A DNA stretch of 64,000 nt from an uncultured Candidatus Actinomarina sp. (GTDB taxonomy: Bacteria > Actinomycetota > Acidimicrobiia > Actinomarinales > Actinomarinaceae). The position numbers and the translations under genes are program-made. The notes under the pieces are model-generated. The model ran no database searches and was not told the origin of the DNA. It saw only the letters and a list, made by a program, of their open reading frames with translations. The stretch covers positions 10,672 to 74,671 of the forward strand of contig CACOLU010000001.1 of NCBI GenBank assembly GCA_902628045.1, given 5' to 3'. Positions 27,276-37,038 of this stretch are shown here, piece after piece; within the stretch, counting starts at the first letter, position 1, and the number at the start of each line of letters is the position of its first letter.

Positions 27276-27941
27276 ATGAAAGACATAATAATTACTCAAA
27301 ATCATCCCATTAAAAAAAGAAAAACTCTTGGTCCAATTGGTAGATTTCTTTTGAAAATCGTTAATTGGGATATAGTTGGTAATCTTCCCAATGAAAAAAA
27401 AATAATCATCGCTTCGGCACCACATTCATCAACTTTTGATGCAATTTATGCTTACTTGGTTTGTTTAGCCACTGATTTAAAATTTTACTTTCTTGGTTCA
27501 GTCTCAATGTTCACTCGTATTGTTATACCTTTACCTTTTAAGAAAAATCCAGACAAACTTGGTATACCTCACCCTTTTGGAAAAATTCAAAACCGAGCAC
27601 TACTTGAGTTTGGAGGAATACCTGTTTGGAGAACAAAATCAACTGGTGTTACACAACAAGTTATTGAACAGTTAAAAACAAAAGATAAATTCATTTTATA
27701 TTTAACAGTAGAGGGCGAAATGAAAACAAATCAAACTATTAAAAGCGGTTTTCATTATATCGGTAAAGCACTTGATGCTACAGTAGTTCCAACCAAGATA
27801 GATTACAAAAATCGAAGGTTTGAATTAATGGAAGTTTTGGAACTTACTGACTCAGTTGTGGCAGATAAGGAAGCATTAATGGATAGGTATCATTTAGTTC
27901 AGGGTAAAAACAAAACATTTTACAAGCCAGGTACAAAGTAA
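27276..27941 (+). CDS. PlsC-like acyltransferase family protein (paralogue of 15241-15909)
   Basis: APHSSTFD (HX4D) and TVEGE block; collinear similarity to the 15241 ORF. Confidence 0.55.
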   Translation: MKDIIITQNHPIKKRKTLGPIGRFLLKIVNWDIVGNLPNEKKIIIASAPHSSTFDAIYAYLVCLATDLKFYFLGSVSMFTRIVIPLPFKKNPDKLGIPHPFGKIQNRALLEFGGIPVWRTKSTGVTQQVIEQLKTKDKFILYLTVEGEMKTNQTIKSGFHYIGKALDATVVPTKIDYKNRRFELMEVLELTDSVVADKEALMDRYHLVQGKNKTFYKPGTK

Positions 27942-27942
27942 G

Positions 27943-28080
27943 ATGTTGGTTATATTTCTAACAATAATTGGATCGATCTCTCTTTTGTATCTATTTCCAA
28001 ACATCACAATGTTATTTTCTATAGGAGTAGTTATATTTGCTGTAAGGTGGCTTATATACAATAATAAATTTTACGAATGA
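27943..28080 (+). CDS. putative 45-aa membrane micro-protein
   Basis: My own translation: MLVIFLTIIGSISLLYLFPNITMLFSIGVVIFAVRWLIYNNKFYE. Starts 2 nt after the upstream stop. Confidence 0.25.
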   Translation: MLVIFLTIIGSISLLYLFPNITMLFSIGVVIFAVRWLIYNNKFYE

Positions 28081-28156
28081 AAAAATATTTAATAATTTTG
28101 TTAGTTTTTTCAATGTGTAGTGTGGGTTCAGAACAAACAGGTAGGCTTTATTATCC

Positions 28157-28378
28157 TTAGCGAAATTTATCGAAAAAACCTTTTCGCCAGGCATATCCAA
28201 TCACAACAGTCAGTAAAATACCTGCAAAAAAAGGCGGTATTCGGGACAGTAATAAAACAAACGTTACAAGAACTAAGGCATAATCCACATATGTCCAAAA
28301 TTTACTTGTCATTTTTGGAATCAAATTAAAGTATCTAAGAATAGAAACTGCAATAATTCCAGTTAATAAATAATACAT
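28157..28378 (-). CDS. small membrane protein
   Basis: 73 aa, 2-3 TM. Chosen over the overlapping 28012-28200(-) and 28120-28329(+) ORFs on hydrophobic periodicity and position divergent from the SDR gene. Confidence 0.45.
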   Translation of the reverse strand: MYYLLTGIIAVSILRYFNLIPKMTSKFWTYVDYALVLVTFVLLLSRIPPFFAGILLTVVIGYAWRKGFFDKFR

Positions 28379-28415
28379 TTCTTTAATTATACGTATTAAT
28401 AAACTAAATAAAATA

Positions 28416-29255
28416 ATGTCAAAAACTGCAATAATTACTGGTGCAAATAAAGGAATCGGCTTAGCTGTTGCAAAGGATTTAATCGCTAAAAACTATCAAG
28501 TTATTTTAGCTTGCAGGGATACGGCAAAAGGAAAAATGGCTGAAGAGTTTCTTGGGAGTAATGCAAAATTTTTGGAATTAGATTTATCAAAACCCTCAAG
28601 CATCAATCAATTTGTGAATCAAATTAATTCAAATTATTCAGAGATTGATGTTTTGTATAACAACGGAGGATTAATTTACAGAGATTTTGAATTAACGGAG
28701 GAAGGTTACGAATCAATGATTTCTGTAAACTACTTTGGTTCCTTTAGGTTAGCTTTGATGTTACTAGAAAATTTACATAGAAGGTCTGGTAGGATTGTTC
28801 AAGTCACAAGCCTCACTATGTATTTTGCAAGAACATTTAACTTAAGCAGACTTCACTCTAACGATTCATTTTCTTCGAGTAGTAGGTATAATTTTACAAA
28901 TTTGCTTAGATCAATGTTTGCAATTGAGTTAGAGAATAAACTTAAAAAAACATCAATATCAGTTTCTGTCACCCACCCAGGTTTTACAAATTCTAGACAA
29001 TCAAGACCATACAAAGTTAAAAAAATTAAAAAGCCTTTTTACACTTATTTCTCTACAAACATAAACACAGGTATTGCCCCAATTATTCGAGCAATTGAAG
29101 ATGAAAATGTAACAGCGGACTTAGTTTATTCGCCAAAACTAATTGGTATCTATGGTAAACCGACACTTATGCGTCACAACAAATTAGTTTACAATCAAAA
29201 GCTAAGAGATAAACTTTGGTCATATACAGTAAACGAGCTTAATTTAGATATATGA
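28416..29255 (+). CDS. short-chain dehydrogenase/reductase
   Basis: TGANKGIG, NNGG and SLT...Y motifs. Confidence 0.85.
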   Translation: MSKTAIITGANKGIGLAVAKDLIAKNYQVILACRDTAKGKMAEEFLGSNAKFLELDLSKPSSINQFVNQINSNYSEIDVLYNNGGLIYRDFELTEEGYESMISVNYFGSFRLALMLLENLHRRSGRIVQVTSLTMYFARTFNLSRLHSNDSFSSSSRYNFTNLLRSMFAIELENKLKKTSISVSVTHPGFTNSRQSRPYKVKKIKKPFYTYFSTNINTGIAPIIRAIEDENVTADLVYSPKLIGIYGKPTLMRHNKLVYNQKLRDKLWSYTVNELNLDI

Positions 29256-29557
29256 TAATAATTCAAACTACAGTAGATGAGCAAAAAAAAGCAAAAAACT
29301 TAATAAACCTACTACTTGAAACAAACAAGATTGCATGCGGAACTTTTCATGAAATTCAATCATCTTATAAGTGGAAGAATGAGTTAGTTGAGGATTCAGA
29401 ATTTGAAATTTCTTTATATACAAAAGAAACTTTGATGAGAGAAGTTGTTGACATTGTGAAGCAAAGACACTCTTATGAGCTTCCAAAAATTACAGTATTG
29501 GAACCTGTATTTACTTTACCTGAGTATGAAAACTGGGTGTCAGACTCAACTACTTAG
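29252..29557 (+). CDS. cutA: divalent-cation tolerance protein CutA
   Basis: 101 aa; LACG...SSYKW...E...E and HSYELP motifs. Confidence 0.8.
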   Translation: MIIIQTTVDEQKKAKNLINLLLETNKIACGTFHEIQSSYKWKNELVEDSEFEISLYTKETLMREVVDIVKQRHSYELPKITVLEPVFTLPEYENWVSDSTT

Positions 29558-30035
29558 TAGAGTTAACATAACTCCAAACGGAATAATTATCTAAGTTAAT
29601 AGATCTTTCATTGTTCTTATCTAAAGCAGCGATAATTTGAGCTCGATGCTCACCTGCATGAAAAATCAGTTGAGAAAGTATTTCAGAAACCGTACTTTTG
29701 CCTTCACCTTTTGATGTCATATAAGTTACCTCCTCATCCTCTCTATCAACATTTTTCATTAAACTTTGATCAATCCTGTTCAGTTCAATTAGTAATTCAT
29801 CAATAATTTCCGAATCATCAGTGCTTTTAAGTTCGAAGCGTGAAAAAGACTCACCATTTAATCGCTGACCATACAAATGTGATGCTCCTGCAATGTGGAT
29901 CATTATTGTTCGAACAGTCCATTCTGGGTCTATTACAAAATAATCAAGAACTTTTGTGTCTAGTTTTTTAATTTCTTTATATATTTCTTGATTGGCCCAT
30001 GCCATATGTTCCAGCATTAATTTAATACTTATCAA
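29550..30035 (-). CDS. DinB-family (DinB_2) protein
   Basis: 161 aa; HMAWAN...H.....H...HRAQ four-helix His pattern. Confidence 0.7.
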   Translation of the reverse strand: MISIKLMLEHMAWANQEIYKEIKKLDTKVLDYFVIDPEWTVRTIMIHIAGASHLYGQRLNGESFSRFELKSTDDSEIIDELLIELNRIDQSLMKNVDREDEEVTYMTSKGEGKSTVSEILSQLIFHAGEHRAQIIAALDKNNERSINLDNYSVWSYVNSTK

Positions 30036-30328
30036 TTTTCCTCCAATTTTGATAATCTCTCATCAATTTCATCCAATTTATTCATTACTATTTTTAAGTC
30101 ATCTTGATTTTGTGCACTTCTTATGTACCTCTCATTTTGCCAACGCATACCCCATTTTGTTAGAGGTAGGGAAATGATTGCTATAGGAAATAAAATTAAA
30201 CTTTCACTCCAAGAGCCTTGAAGAGAAATTAACAAAAACAACCCTGCAAACAATGTATACATAAAATACATTATCCACTTTTCCATTGCTTGGGTAAATT
30301 TACGCTCTTTGTTGGCCTGTGTATCCAT
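30032..30328 (-). CDS. small membrane protein, unknown function
   Basis: 98 aa, two TM helices plus a C-terminal amphipathic helix. 4-nt overlap with the dinB-like gene. Confidence 0.5.
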   Translation of the reverse strand: MDTQANKERKFTQAMEKWIMYFMYTLFAGLFLLISLQGSWSESLILFPIAIISLPLTKWGMRWQNERYIRSAQNQDDLKIVMNKLDEIDERLSKLEEN

Positions 30329-30362
30329 ACTATTATTCTAACTTTTCATTTAAACTGGGCTT

Positions 30363-30776
30363 ATGAAAGTCATTGTTATCTGTACCGGAAACTCTTGTAG
30401 ATCACAAATGGCAGAAGGGCTAATAAAAAATAAATACCCAAACTTTGAAGTAAGTTCAGCTGGATCTCATCCTGAAGAAAGTGTAAATCCATATGCTGTA
30501 AAGGTGATGCATGACATTGGTATTGACATAAGTCAAAATGTTCCAAAAAATGTAAATAAATTTGTCGATGATGAGTTTGATTATGTATTTACAGTATGTG
30601 ATTCTGCAGTGGAAATATGTCCAGTTTTTAATAATGCAAAAAATAAAGTACACAAGTCATTTGTTGATCCAAAACGAGACTCTTACGATTCTGAGGAGCA
30701 CGCTATAGAAATTTATACAGAAACTCGTAATTTAATAGAAGAGTGGATAAATGAATATGAAGACATTTGGAGTTAA
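30363..30776 (+). CDS. arsC: arsenate reductase / LMW protein-tyrosine-phosphatase family (thioredoxin-coupled ArsC type)
   Basis: CTGNSCRSQMAEG P-loop; downstream CDS..E.CP cysteines. Confidence 0.8.
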   Translation: MKVIVICTGNSCRSQMAEGLIKNKYPNFEVSSAGSHPEESVNPYAVKVMHDIGIDISQNVPKNVNKFVDDEFDYVFTVCDSAVEICPVFNNAKNKVHKSFVDPKRDSYDSEEHAIEIYTETRNLIEEWINEYEDIWS

Positions 30777-30785
30777 AAAATTTTA

Positions 30786-31346
30786 ATGAATGAAATAATT
30801 GAAAATATTAAAAATAGAAGAAACACAAAAAATTTTGAAAATAAAGATGTTTTAGATGAAGACATAAAAACTATCTTAGATGCAGGGACTTGGGCTCCAA
30901 ACCATAGAGACACACAGCCATGGAGATTTGTAGTAATAAAAAAAAATGATTCAATAAGGGAAAAAATAATTGATGGAATTATTGATCTAAAAGAAAAAGA
31001 CTCAGGCAATAATCAAACAGATGAGCAAATTACATCTATTAAAAATTCAGTAATGACTAAACCGGTATTAATTTTTGTTTATAGCTTGATAGATGATAAC
31101 CCAATTATTTCAGAAGAAAATTATGGAGCTGTATGTTGTGCTATCCAAAATATATCATTAGCTGCAACTTCTATAGGGTTGGCGACAGGTTGGTCTACAG
31201 GAAAAATTTCTCAAATAAATAATTTAGATAAGTTATTTGAGTTAGAAGAAAATTTAAAAATCGTTGGTGTATTAACTGTTGGATTTCCTAAGTCTCAACC
31301 TTCAAAAAAAAGAAAAAATGTAGAAGACGTAACTAAATGGATTTAA
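30786..31346 (+). CDS. nitroreductase family protein
   Basis: RRNTKNF, APNHRDTQPWRF and QN..LAA motifs. Confidence 0.8.
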   Translation: MNEIIENIKNRRNTKNFENKDVLDEDIKTILDAGTWAPNHRDTQPWRFVVIKKNDSIREKIIDGIIDLKEKDSGNNQTDEQITSIKNSVMTKPVLIFVYSLIDDNPIISEENYGAVCCAIQNISLAATSIGLATGWSTGKISQINNLDKLFELEENLKIVGVLTVGFPKSQPSKKRKNVEDVTKWI

Positions 31347-31399
31347 TTTTTAATTAGAAAGATTGTAAATAAAATAAGTATTTTTTTATACTTACAAAA

Positions 31400-32374
31400 C
31401 TACTTTTCATTGAATTGCTCTTTTCTGTAAAAGTTGAAAAAACAAAGAGTAGCAAAAGAACATAAGATATGCCATATCATATGTGCTTGTATCCAAGAAT
31501 CAGGATTACAAGATGGGTCTTCTGGAACTCCTGTAAGCCATATTGTATAGGCAGAATAAAATGAGAGAAAACCAACCCAAAACCAGGGACTGTAAGATCT
31601 TTTTACCGTAACATTTTTTTCTATATTTGGTGTGAATGCTGGAAGAAAATAAAAAAGAACATGCCAGTTATCTAAAGGGTTTTGAATTACATCAATTAAT
31701 CTATTACCAAATAATTCTTGGACAATCAAAACTACAAATCCAGCTGATAAACGACCATAAAAATTTGGAAAACGAACCAACACTTCAGTTGATAGCCATA
31801 ATCCGATGCTTACTTCAAAAATATCTAGACCGATACCAAGACCTGAACCAAAGTTCCAATAAGCAATTGCAAAATAAATTAATATAGATAGGTAGATATA
31901 ATAAAAAGTTTTTTGAGTAAAATTTGAAAGCCTTTTTAGGTTATAAATCCATAAAATTAGTATGTAAGTCACCATACTTACATTATCTAACCACGCTCCA
32001 AACTTAGTGTGGGTTCCGTGCATAGCCATTGAACCAGGACCTAAGAAAGTTGAAGCTGAAGCATACAACAAAGCAAGGCTAGAAGAAGAAAACATCATTA
32101 TTCCTTTAGATGTTGTCGCATCTTTGCTTAATTTATAGAACATATATAGGCCAGTAACAACAAAGCCTAAATTTCCTAATGTATTTACGGGCTCTCTAAA
32201 AAATCCTCCACTTACTCTCTCACACCATCTAGAGATTTCACCAATAGCTTGTTCATTTTGAGCTGCAGGACCCCATCCGTTGTATCCAAAAATTACGAAT
32301 AGTAATGCAGTAAAAAATACAGAATATAATGCATATGAAAAATAACTTCTCTGGAGATTATTTTTGTGCTTCAT
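31400..32374 (-). CDS. ceramidase-like 7-TM hydrolase (alkaline ceramidase/CREST superfamily)
   Basis: CE...EPVNTLGNLGF, MHGTH...D and HMIWH motifs matching the Zn-ligand pattern of alkaline ceramidases. Confidence 0.55.
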   Translation of the reverse strand: MKHKNNLQRSYFSYALYSVFFTALLFVIFGYNGWGPAAQNEQAIGEISRWCERVSGGFFREPVNTLGNLGFVVTGLYMFYKLSKDATTSKGIMMFSSSSLALLYASASTFLGPGSMAMHGTHTKFGAWLDNVSMVTYILILWIYNLKRLSNFTQKTFYYIYLSILIYFAIAYWNFGSGLGIGLDIFEVSIGLWLSTEVLVRFPNFYGRLSAGFVVLIVQELFGNRLIDVIQNPLDNWHVLFYFLPAFTPNIEKNVTVKRSYSPWFWVGFLSFYSAYTIWLTGVPEDPSCNPDSWIQAHMIWHILCSFATLCFFNFYRKEQFNEK

Positions 32375-33524
32375 TTAGGGCAGACTCCATGTCTTCAATT
32401 AAATCTTCAACATTTTCGAGTCCAACGGATATTCTAATTAAATCAATAGGTGCACTTGCTTCAGTATCTTGAGCATTGTCATGTGTCATTAAGTATGGAA
32501 GTTCAATCAGTGTTTCAACACCACCCAGACTGACAGCAAGTTTGTATAAATCTAGCGATTGCCAAAACTTCTCTTGATTTATGTTGTCTTCCAAATAGAA
32601 GCTCATCATTCCACCAAAGTAATCCATCTGCTTGACTGCTATTTCATGGTTATTAAAACTTTCTAAACCAGGGTACCTAATTTCTTTTATGTGTTCAGAG
32701 CTGTCTAGATATTCTGCTAATTTATGCGCATTTTCAGAGTGAAGTTTTATTCTTGGACCTAAAGTGTATAGGCCTCTTTGAACTAAATAAGAGTCAAAAG
32801 GAGACATAATTGCTCCACCTTGTCTCTGATAAAGCATTAAAGTTTCATGGAGTTCGGCATCTCTACACACTACGGCTCCACCAAGCGTATCGCTATGTCC
32901 TCCGATGTATTTTGTGGTTGAATGCATAATGATATCTACACCGTGTTCAAAGGGTCTTGTTATAAAAGGTGTTGAAAATGTACTATCTGCAACTAGTAGG
33001 GTTTCATGTTGATGAACAATATCTGCAATTTTTTGCAAATCATATAAATTCATTGATGGATTAGATGGTGATTCTATCCAAGCAAGCTTTGTTTTTTCAT
33101 TTAATAAATTGCCTAGTGCTTCATGGTCTGAGAAGTCACAAAAATTTACTTCGACTCCACGTTCTCTAATTATTCTTGAAAAATAGTTAGTAGTTCCACC
33201 GTATACATCTTTTGTTATTACTACATTGTCACCTGGCTTAGCTAGTTCAGCGATTATAGATACTGCAGACATTCCTGAAGCCATCGCAAAAGCATGCTGT
33301 TCTTCATAATTTTCTATACCTTCAAGGGAAGCTAAGGTTCTCTCAAACAACTCTCTAGTTGGATTGTTTATTCTTCCATAAAAATAGTCTGACTCACCAG
33401 GAACATCATTTTTGTAAGTTGTTGATAAATGAAGCGGTGGCATAATGTCTCCGCTAGCTGGATCAAATCGTTTATCTGTATGAAGCGCTTTTGTGTTCAT
33501 ACCGTATTTTTTAGATTTACCCAT
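32358..33524 (-). CDS. PLP-dependent Cys/Met metabolism enzyme (cystathionine gamma-synthase/beta-lyase family)
   Basis: 388 aa; SGM.A, DSTF.TP and HSTTKYIGGHSD (PLP Lys) motifs. Confidence 0.85.
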   Translation of the reverse strand: MGKSKKYGMNTKALHTDKRFDPASGDIMPPLHLSTTYKNDVPGESDYFYGRINNPTRELFERTLASLEGIENYEEQHAFAMASGMSAVSIIAELAKPGDNVVITKDVYGGTTNYFSRIIRERGVEVNFCDFSDHEALGNLLNEKTKLAWIESPSNPSMNLYDLQKIADIVHQHETLLVADSTFSTPFITRPFEHGVDIIMHSTTKYIGGHSDTLGGAVVCRDAELHETLMLYQRQGGAIMSPFDSYLVQRGLYTLGPRIKLHSENAHKLAEYLDSSEHIKEIRYPGLESFNNHEIAVKQMDYFGGMMSFYLEDNINQEKFWQSLDLYKLAVSLGGVETLIELPYLMTHDNAQDTEASAPIDLIRISVGLENVEDLIEDMESALNEAQK

Positions 33525-33583
33525 ATATGGAGTTTAAATCATTTAGTAGTACATTGGTTAAATAATTTTGCTATTTTAGTTTT

Positions 33584-34009
33584 ATGATTAAAAAAATTTA
33601 TATTGCAGGACCTCTATTTAACAGGCATGAACAAATGTATTTGGAAGAAATTGCAAAAGAGCTTGAAGGGAATGGGTATGATTGTTTTCTTCCTCATAGA
33701 GATGCAGCGATCGGTATTGAAGAGTCTGAATTAAAAGGTACGGACATGTCTCAGGAGACCAAAGACACAATATTTAATAATGATTTAAACGCATTAGATG
33801 CTGCTGACTTAACCGTAGCTCTTTTAACTGGTCAAGATATTGATTCTGGAACTTCAGCAGAGATAGGACATACATTTGCTAAGGAAAAGCCAGTAATTGC
33901 TATCAATGCTAATGAGAGAAGGTATAGAAACTTATTCGTTGAAGGAATGTTGACTGTAACTGTTAATAATATTGATCAGTTAATTCCTGAAATTAAAAAA
34001 CTAAACTGA
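33584..34009 (+). CDS. nucleoside 2-deoxyribosyltransferase family protein
   Basis: IYIAGPLF...D.....D.GTSAEIG pattern of PF05014. Confidence 0.7.
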   Translation: MIKKIYIAGPLFNRHEQMYLEEIAKELEGNGYDCFLPHRDAAIGIEESELKGTDMSQETKDTIFNNDLNALDAADLTVALLTGQDIDSGTSAEIGHTFAKEKPVIAINANERRYRNLFVEGMLTVTVNNIDQLIPEIKKLN

Positions 34010-35245
34010 AACTAAAAGATTTTTAAACCCTCTTATACCAAAAGCACCCGTTCTTGTTGGTTCTTCAATTAAATTAAATTCTTTATTAAGTATATGGTCA
34101 AAAGAGACACCTAATTCTAGCCTTGCTAAATGAGTACCAATGCAAAAGTGTATTCCACCACCCCAACTACTATGATCCTTCATTTCTCTTTTGAAGTTGA
34201 TATTATCAGGATTTTCAAAAGCTCTAGGGTCTCTGTTAGCTGAACCTAATAACATTGCTACTTTTGAGCCCTTTTTAATATTATGTCCACCTATTTCAAC
34301 ATCTTCCAAAGCGTATCGTTGAAAGAACTGCAAGGGACTGTCGAACCTAATTAACTCTTCTACTACATCATTAATTTTTTCGGTTTCATTTTTAATATCC
34401 TCGAATGGTTTTTTTAGAGTTAGTAAGGCATGAAGCCCATTTCCTAATGTGTTGACAGTAGCTTCATGTCCTGCATTAAGAAGTAAGATAACTGTACAAA
34501 TAATCTGGTCATCAGTTAAGTAATTGTTGTCTTGTGACACTTGAGATAATCTTGTTATCATATCATCTTCAGGATTCTGCCTTCGTTTATTAAGTAAATC
34601 TTGAGTGTATTCAATAAATTGTTTTGCTGCTTCTTCAGCTTTATTAGCATTTTGTTCTGTCACCTCAAAGTCGTACATTTTTACGATTTTATGTGACCAA
34701 TCTAAAAATTCTAAATGATCACTTTCAGGAACCCCCAAAAGTTTTCCAATAATACTTACAGAATAAGGCTGTGCATAATCTTTTAACATATCAAATTCTG
34801 AACCTTTAACACTATTAAATATTTCTTCTGATTTTTGTTCCATAAATGGAACTAATTGCTGTACTGATCTTGGGAGAAAAGCTTTAGCAACCAACCCCCT
34901 AAGCTCTTTATGTAACTGACCTTCTAAATTTAAAAGAGAAAACTCTTCAGATTTCCAAAAATACTCATACGATCCAAATTGATCAGATCTTTTGTAAGCA
35001 GTTGAAGTGATTGGTATTTCCTGATTTCCGATTGATTCTTCAAACCCATCTATATGATTAAAGGTTGTACCAAATGATTTTGTTGATTGGATGCTTCGAA
35101 CATCTTGATATCTAGTAAAGAAGAAAAGGTCATTAATTTCATCCCAGAAAACCGGTGTGCTTTCCCTAAACTCTCCCATTTTTTCATATGGATTTTTTAT
35201 AAACTCTTCGTTTTCCGTGGGTAGATGTAGTTCAGGAATATTCAT
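34001..35245 (-). CDS. cytochrome P450
   Basis: AGHEAT (I-helix), ELIR (ExxR) and the heme loop WGGGIHFCIGTHLA. Confidence 0.9.
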   Translation of the reverse strand: MNIPELHLPTENEEFIKNPYEKMGEFRESTPVFWDEINDLFFFTRYQDVRSIQSTKSFGTTFNHIDGFEESIGNQEIPITSTAYKRSDQFGSYEYFWKSEEFSLLNLEGQLHKELRGLVAKAFLPRSVQQLVPFMEQKSEEIFNSVKGSEFDMLKDYAQPYSVSIIGKLLGVPESDHLEFLDWSHKIVKMYDFEVTEQNANKAEEAAKQFIEYTQDLLNKRRQNPEDDMITRLSQVSQDNNYLTDDQIICTVILLLNAGHEATVNTLGNGLHALLTLKKPFEDIKNETEKINDVVEELIRFDSPLQFFQRYALEDVEIGGHNIKKGSKVAMLLGSANRDPRAFENPDNINFKREMKDHSSWGGGIHFCIGTHLARLELGVSFDHILNKEFNLIEEPTRTGAFGIRGFKNLLVSV

Positions 35246-35335
35246 ATCATTAAAATATCACTTTTAATAGCAATTTCTACAAATTTATAAAAAATTTTAG
35301 TGACCTTTTATAGATGATTTGATATCATCTCAACC

Positions 35336-36106
35336 ATGACAGAAAAAAAATCAATGCTTGATGGAGAAAAACAATACCATATTGGACTTGCGCCGGGGGA
35401 TGTCGCTGATTTTGTAATTTTACCGGGAGATCCAGGAAGAGTAGAGTTTATTGCAGGACATTTTGATGAGGCAAAAGAAGTAGCATTCAACAGAGAATAT
35501 AAAACATTCACGGGTACATACAAAGGTAGACCAGTAAGTGTTATGTCAACAGGAATGGGATGTCCCTCAACAGCAATAGGTATAGAAGAGTTAGCAAACA
35601 TTGGGGTAAAAACAATGGTTCGACTTGGAACTTCTGGAGCTATGCAGGAACACACAAGAGTTGGAGATTTAGTAATAGCTAATGGTGCCGTAAGACAAGA
35701 AGGTACATCGATTGAGTACATGCCAATTGAGTACCCTGCTGTTGGATCTGCTGACATGATATTTGCACTGGAGCAAGCTGCAAAAGAAAAAGGAAGCACT
35801 TATCATATCGGTGTCGTTCAAACAAAAGATTCTTTTTATGGACAACATGACCCAGACTCAATGCCAGTATCTTACGACTTAAATCAAAAATGGGAGGCTT
35901 GGGTTCGAGGTGGCGTATTATGTTCTGAAATGGAAGTCTCTGCCTTATTTGTAGTTGGAAGTTATAGAAGAGTAAGAACAGGAGCCTTACTTGTAATTTA
36001 TGGTGACCAATCTAGAAAAGAAGCTTTAAATAAAGATACATATTTAGACGCTGTAAGTAATGCAACAAATATTATCTTAGAATCAAGCTTAACTATCGAT
36101 CAGTAG
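35336..36106 (+). CDS. udp: uridine phosphorylase (PNP/UDP family 1)
   Basis: HIGL..GD....ILPGDPGR, STGMGCPS, R.GT.G and SEME motifs. Confidence 0.75.
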   Translation: MTEKKSMLDGEKQYHIGLAPGDVADFVILPGDPGRVEFIAGHFDEAKEVAFNREYKTFTGTYKGRPVSVMSTGMGCPSTAIGIEELANIGVKTMVRLGTSGAMQEHTRVGDLVIANGAVRQEGTSIEYMPIEYPAVGSADMIFALEQAAKEKGSTYHIGVVQTKDSFYGQHDPDSMPVSYDLNQKWEAWVRGGVLCSEMEVSALFVVGSYRRVRTGALLVIYGDQSRKEALNKDTYLDAVSNATNIILESSLTIDQ

Positions 36107-36123
36107 ATATTTCGACTAAAAGA

Positions 36124-36990
36124 TTAGCTATAAGAAGACTGAGTACCTTTTTTTGTTACTGACTGACTAGCTTTTTGTACTGCTTTTTCTATACAAGTTT
36201 CTGGTGAGTTTGATTCTGATAATTCATATGCAAATGTCCCGATAAACGAATCACCAGCTCCAGTGGTGTCTATTGCATCTACATAAGGAGCATCAAAATA
36301 ATGTGTTTTATTTTTATCAACCAAAACAGCCCCTTTTTCACCTAAAGTAACAATTAAATTACAAGGCACTTCTTCATTAAATTTTAAAAAGTTTTCATCA
36401 TTAGGCTCCATGCCACTTATTAACTCAAATTCATTTTCATTTGGGATTAGCCAGCTAACATGCTCTAAAAATTCTCTTTCAAGTTTTTTTGCAGGAGCTG
36501 GGTTAAAAATTGTTGTGATAGAGTTATTTTTTGCAAATTTGAAAACTTCATGATTGACTTCCATGGGAATTTCACACTGTCCAACTAGAACAGAAATATT
36601 TCCGATTTTTTCCATCGATGATATTGCTTTTTGTGCATCTATTTCATTATTTGCACCAGGAATAACAATTATTCTATTTTGGCCTGTTGAGTCAACCCAT
36701 ATTGGTGCTACACCACTTGCACCTTTGACTAATTGTATATGATCAGTATTTACATTATTTGCTTCGTAGTTATTTATTGTCATCTCTTTATAAACATCAT
36801 CACCTAAACACGTAATCATATATACATCAGCTCCAAGGAGCCCAGCCATAACAGCTTGATTAGCTCCTTTTCCTCCAAAACCCATTTGAAATGAATCACC
36901 AAATAAAGTCTCTCCATCAGCAGGAATATTTTGAGTGTATGCTATTTGATCAATATTGGAACTTCCAATTACGCAAATTTTTGAACTCAT
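36124..36990 (-). CDS. rbsK: ribokinase
   Basis: GSSNIDQ, GGKGANQAV and the DTTGAGDSF anion-hole motif. Confidence 0.85.
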   Translation of the reverse strand: MSSKICVIGSSNIDQIAYTQNIPADGETLFGDSFQMGFGGKGANQAVMAGLLGADVYMITCLGDDVYKEMTINNYEANNVNTDHIQLVKGASGVAPIWVDSTGQNRIIVIPGANNEIDAQKAISSMEKIGNISVLVGQCEIPMEVNHEVFKFAKNNSITTIFNPAPAKKLEREFLEHVSWLIPNENEFELISGMEPNDENFLKFNEEVPCNLIVTLGEKGAVLVDKNKTHYFDAPYVDAIDTTGAGDSFIGTFAYELSESNSPETCIEKAVQKASQSVTKKGTQSSYS

Positions 36991-37038
36991 AAAACTAGTA
37001 TAAATTTTTTTTTACTATTTTCTACTAAGATTCTTTAT

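Noticed and set aside
28012-28329. Overlapping ORFs 28012-28200(-) and 28120-28329(+).
   Set aside because: They are mutually exclusive with 28157-28378(-), which has a coherent TM pattern and a sensible divergent arrangement. The other two translate to K/Y/N-rich low-complexity sequence.
31376-31393. Possible bidirectional terminator AAGTAT-TTTTTT-ATACTT between the convergent genes at 31346 and 31400.
   Set aside because: It is a 6-bp all-A/U stem that is too weak to call. It could arise by chance in this AT-rich DNA.
35308-35799. 163-aa minus-strand ORF overlapping udp. Similar long antisense ORFs lie at 777-1142, 12449-12871, 22318-22623, 26002-26574, 30773-31009, 37957-38292, 38635-38998, 48653-48958, 55271-56032 and 63757-63976.
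   Set aside because: Each lies entirely antisense to a CDS with strong family motifs. Their translations are low-complexity (S/P/I/F-rich) with no recognisable domains, which is the usual shadow-ORF artefact.
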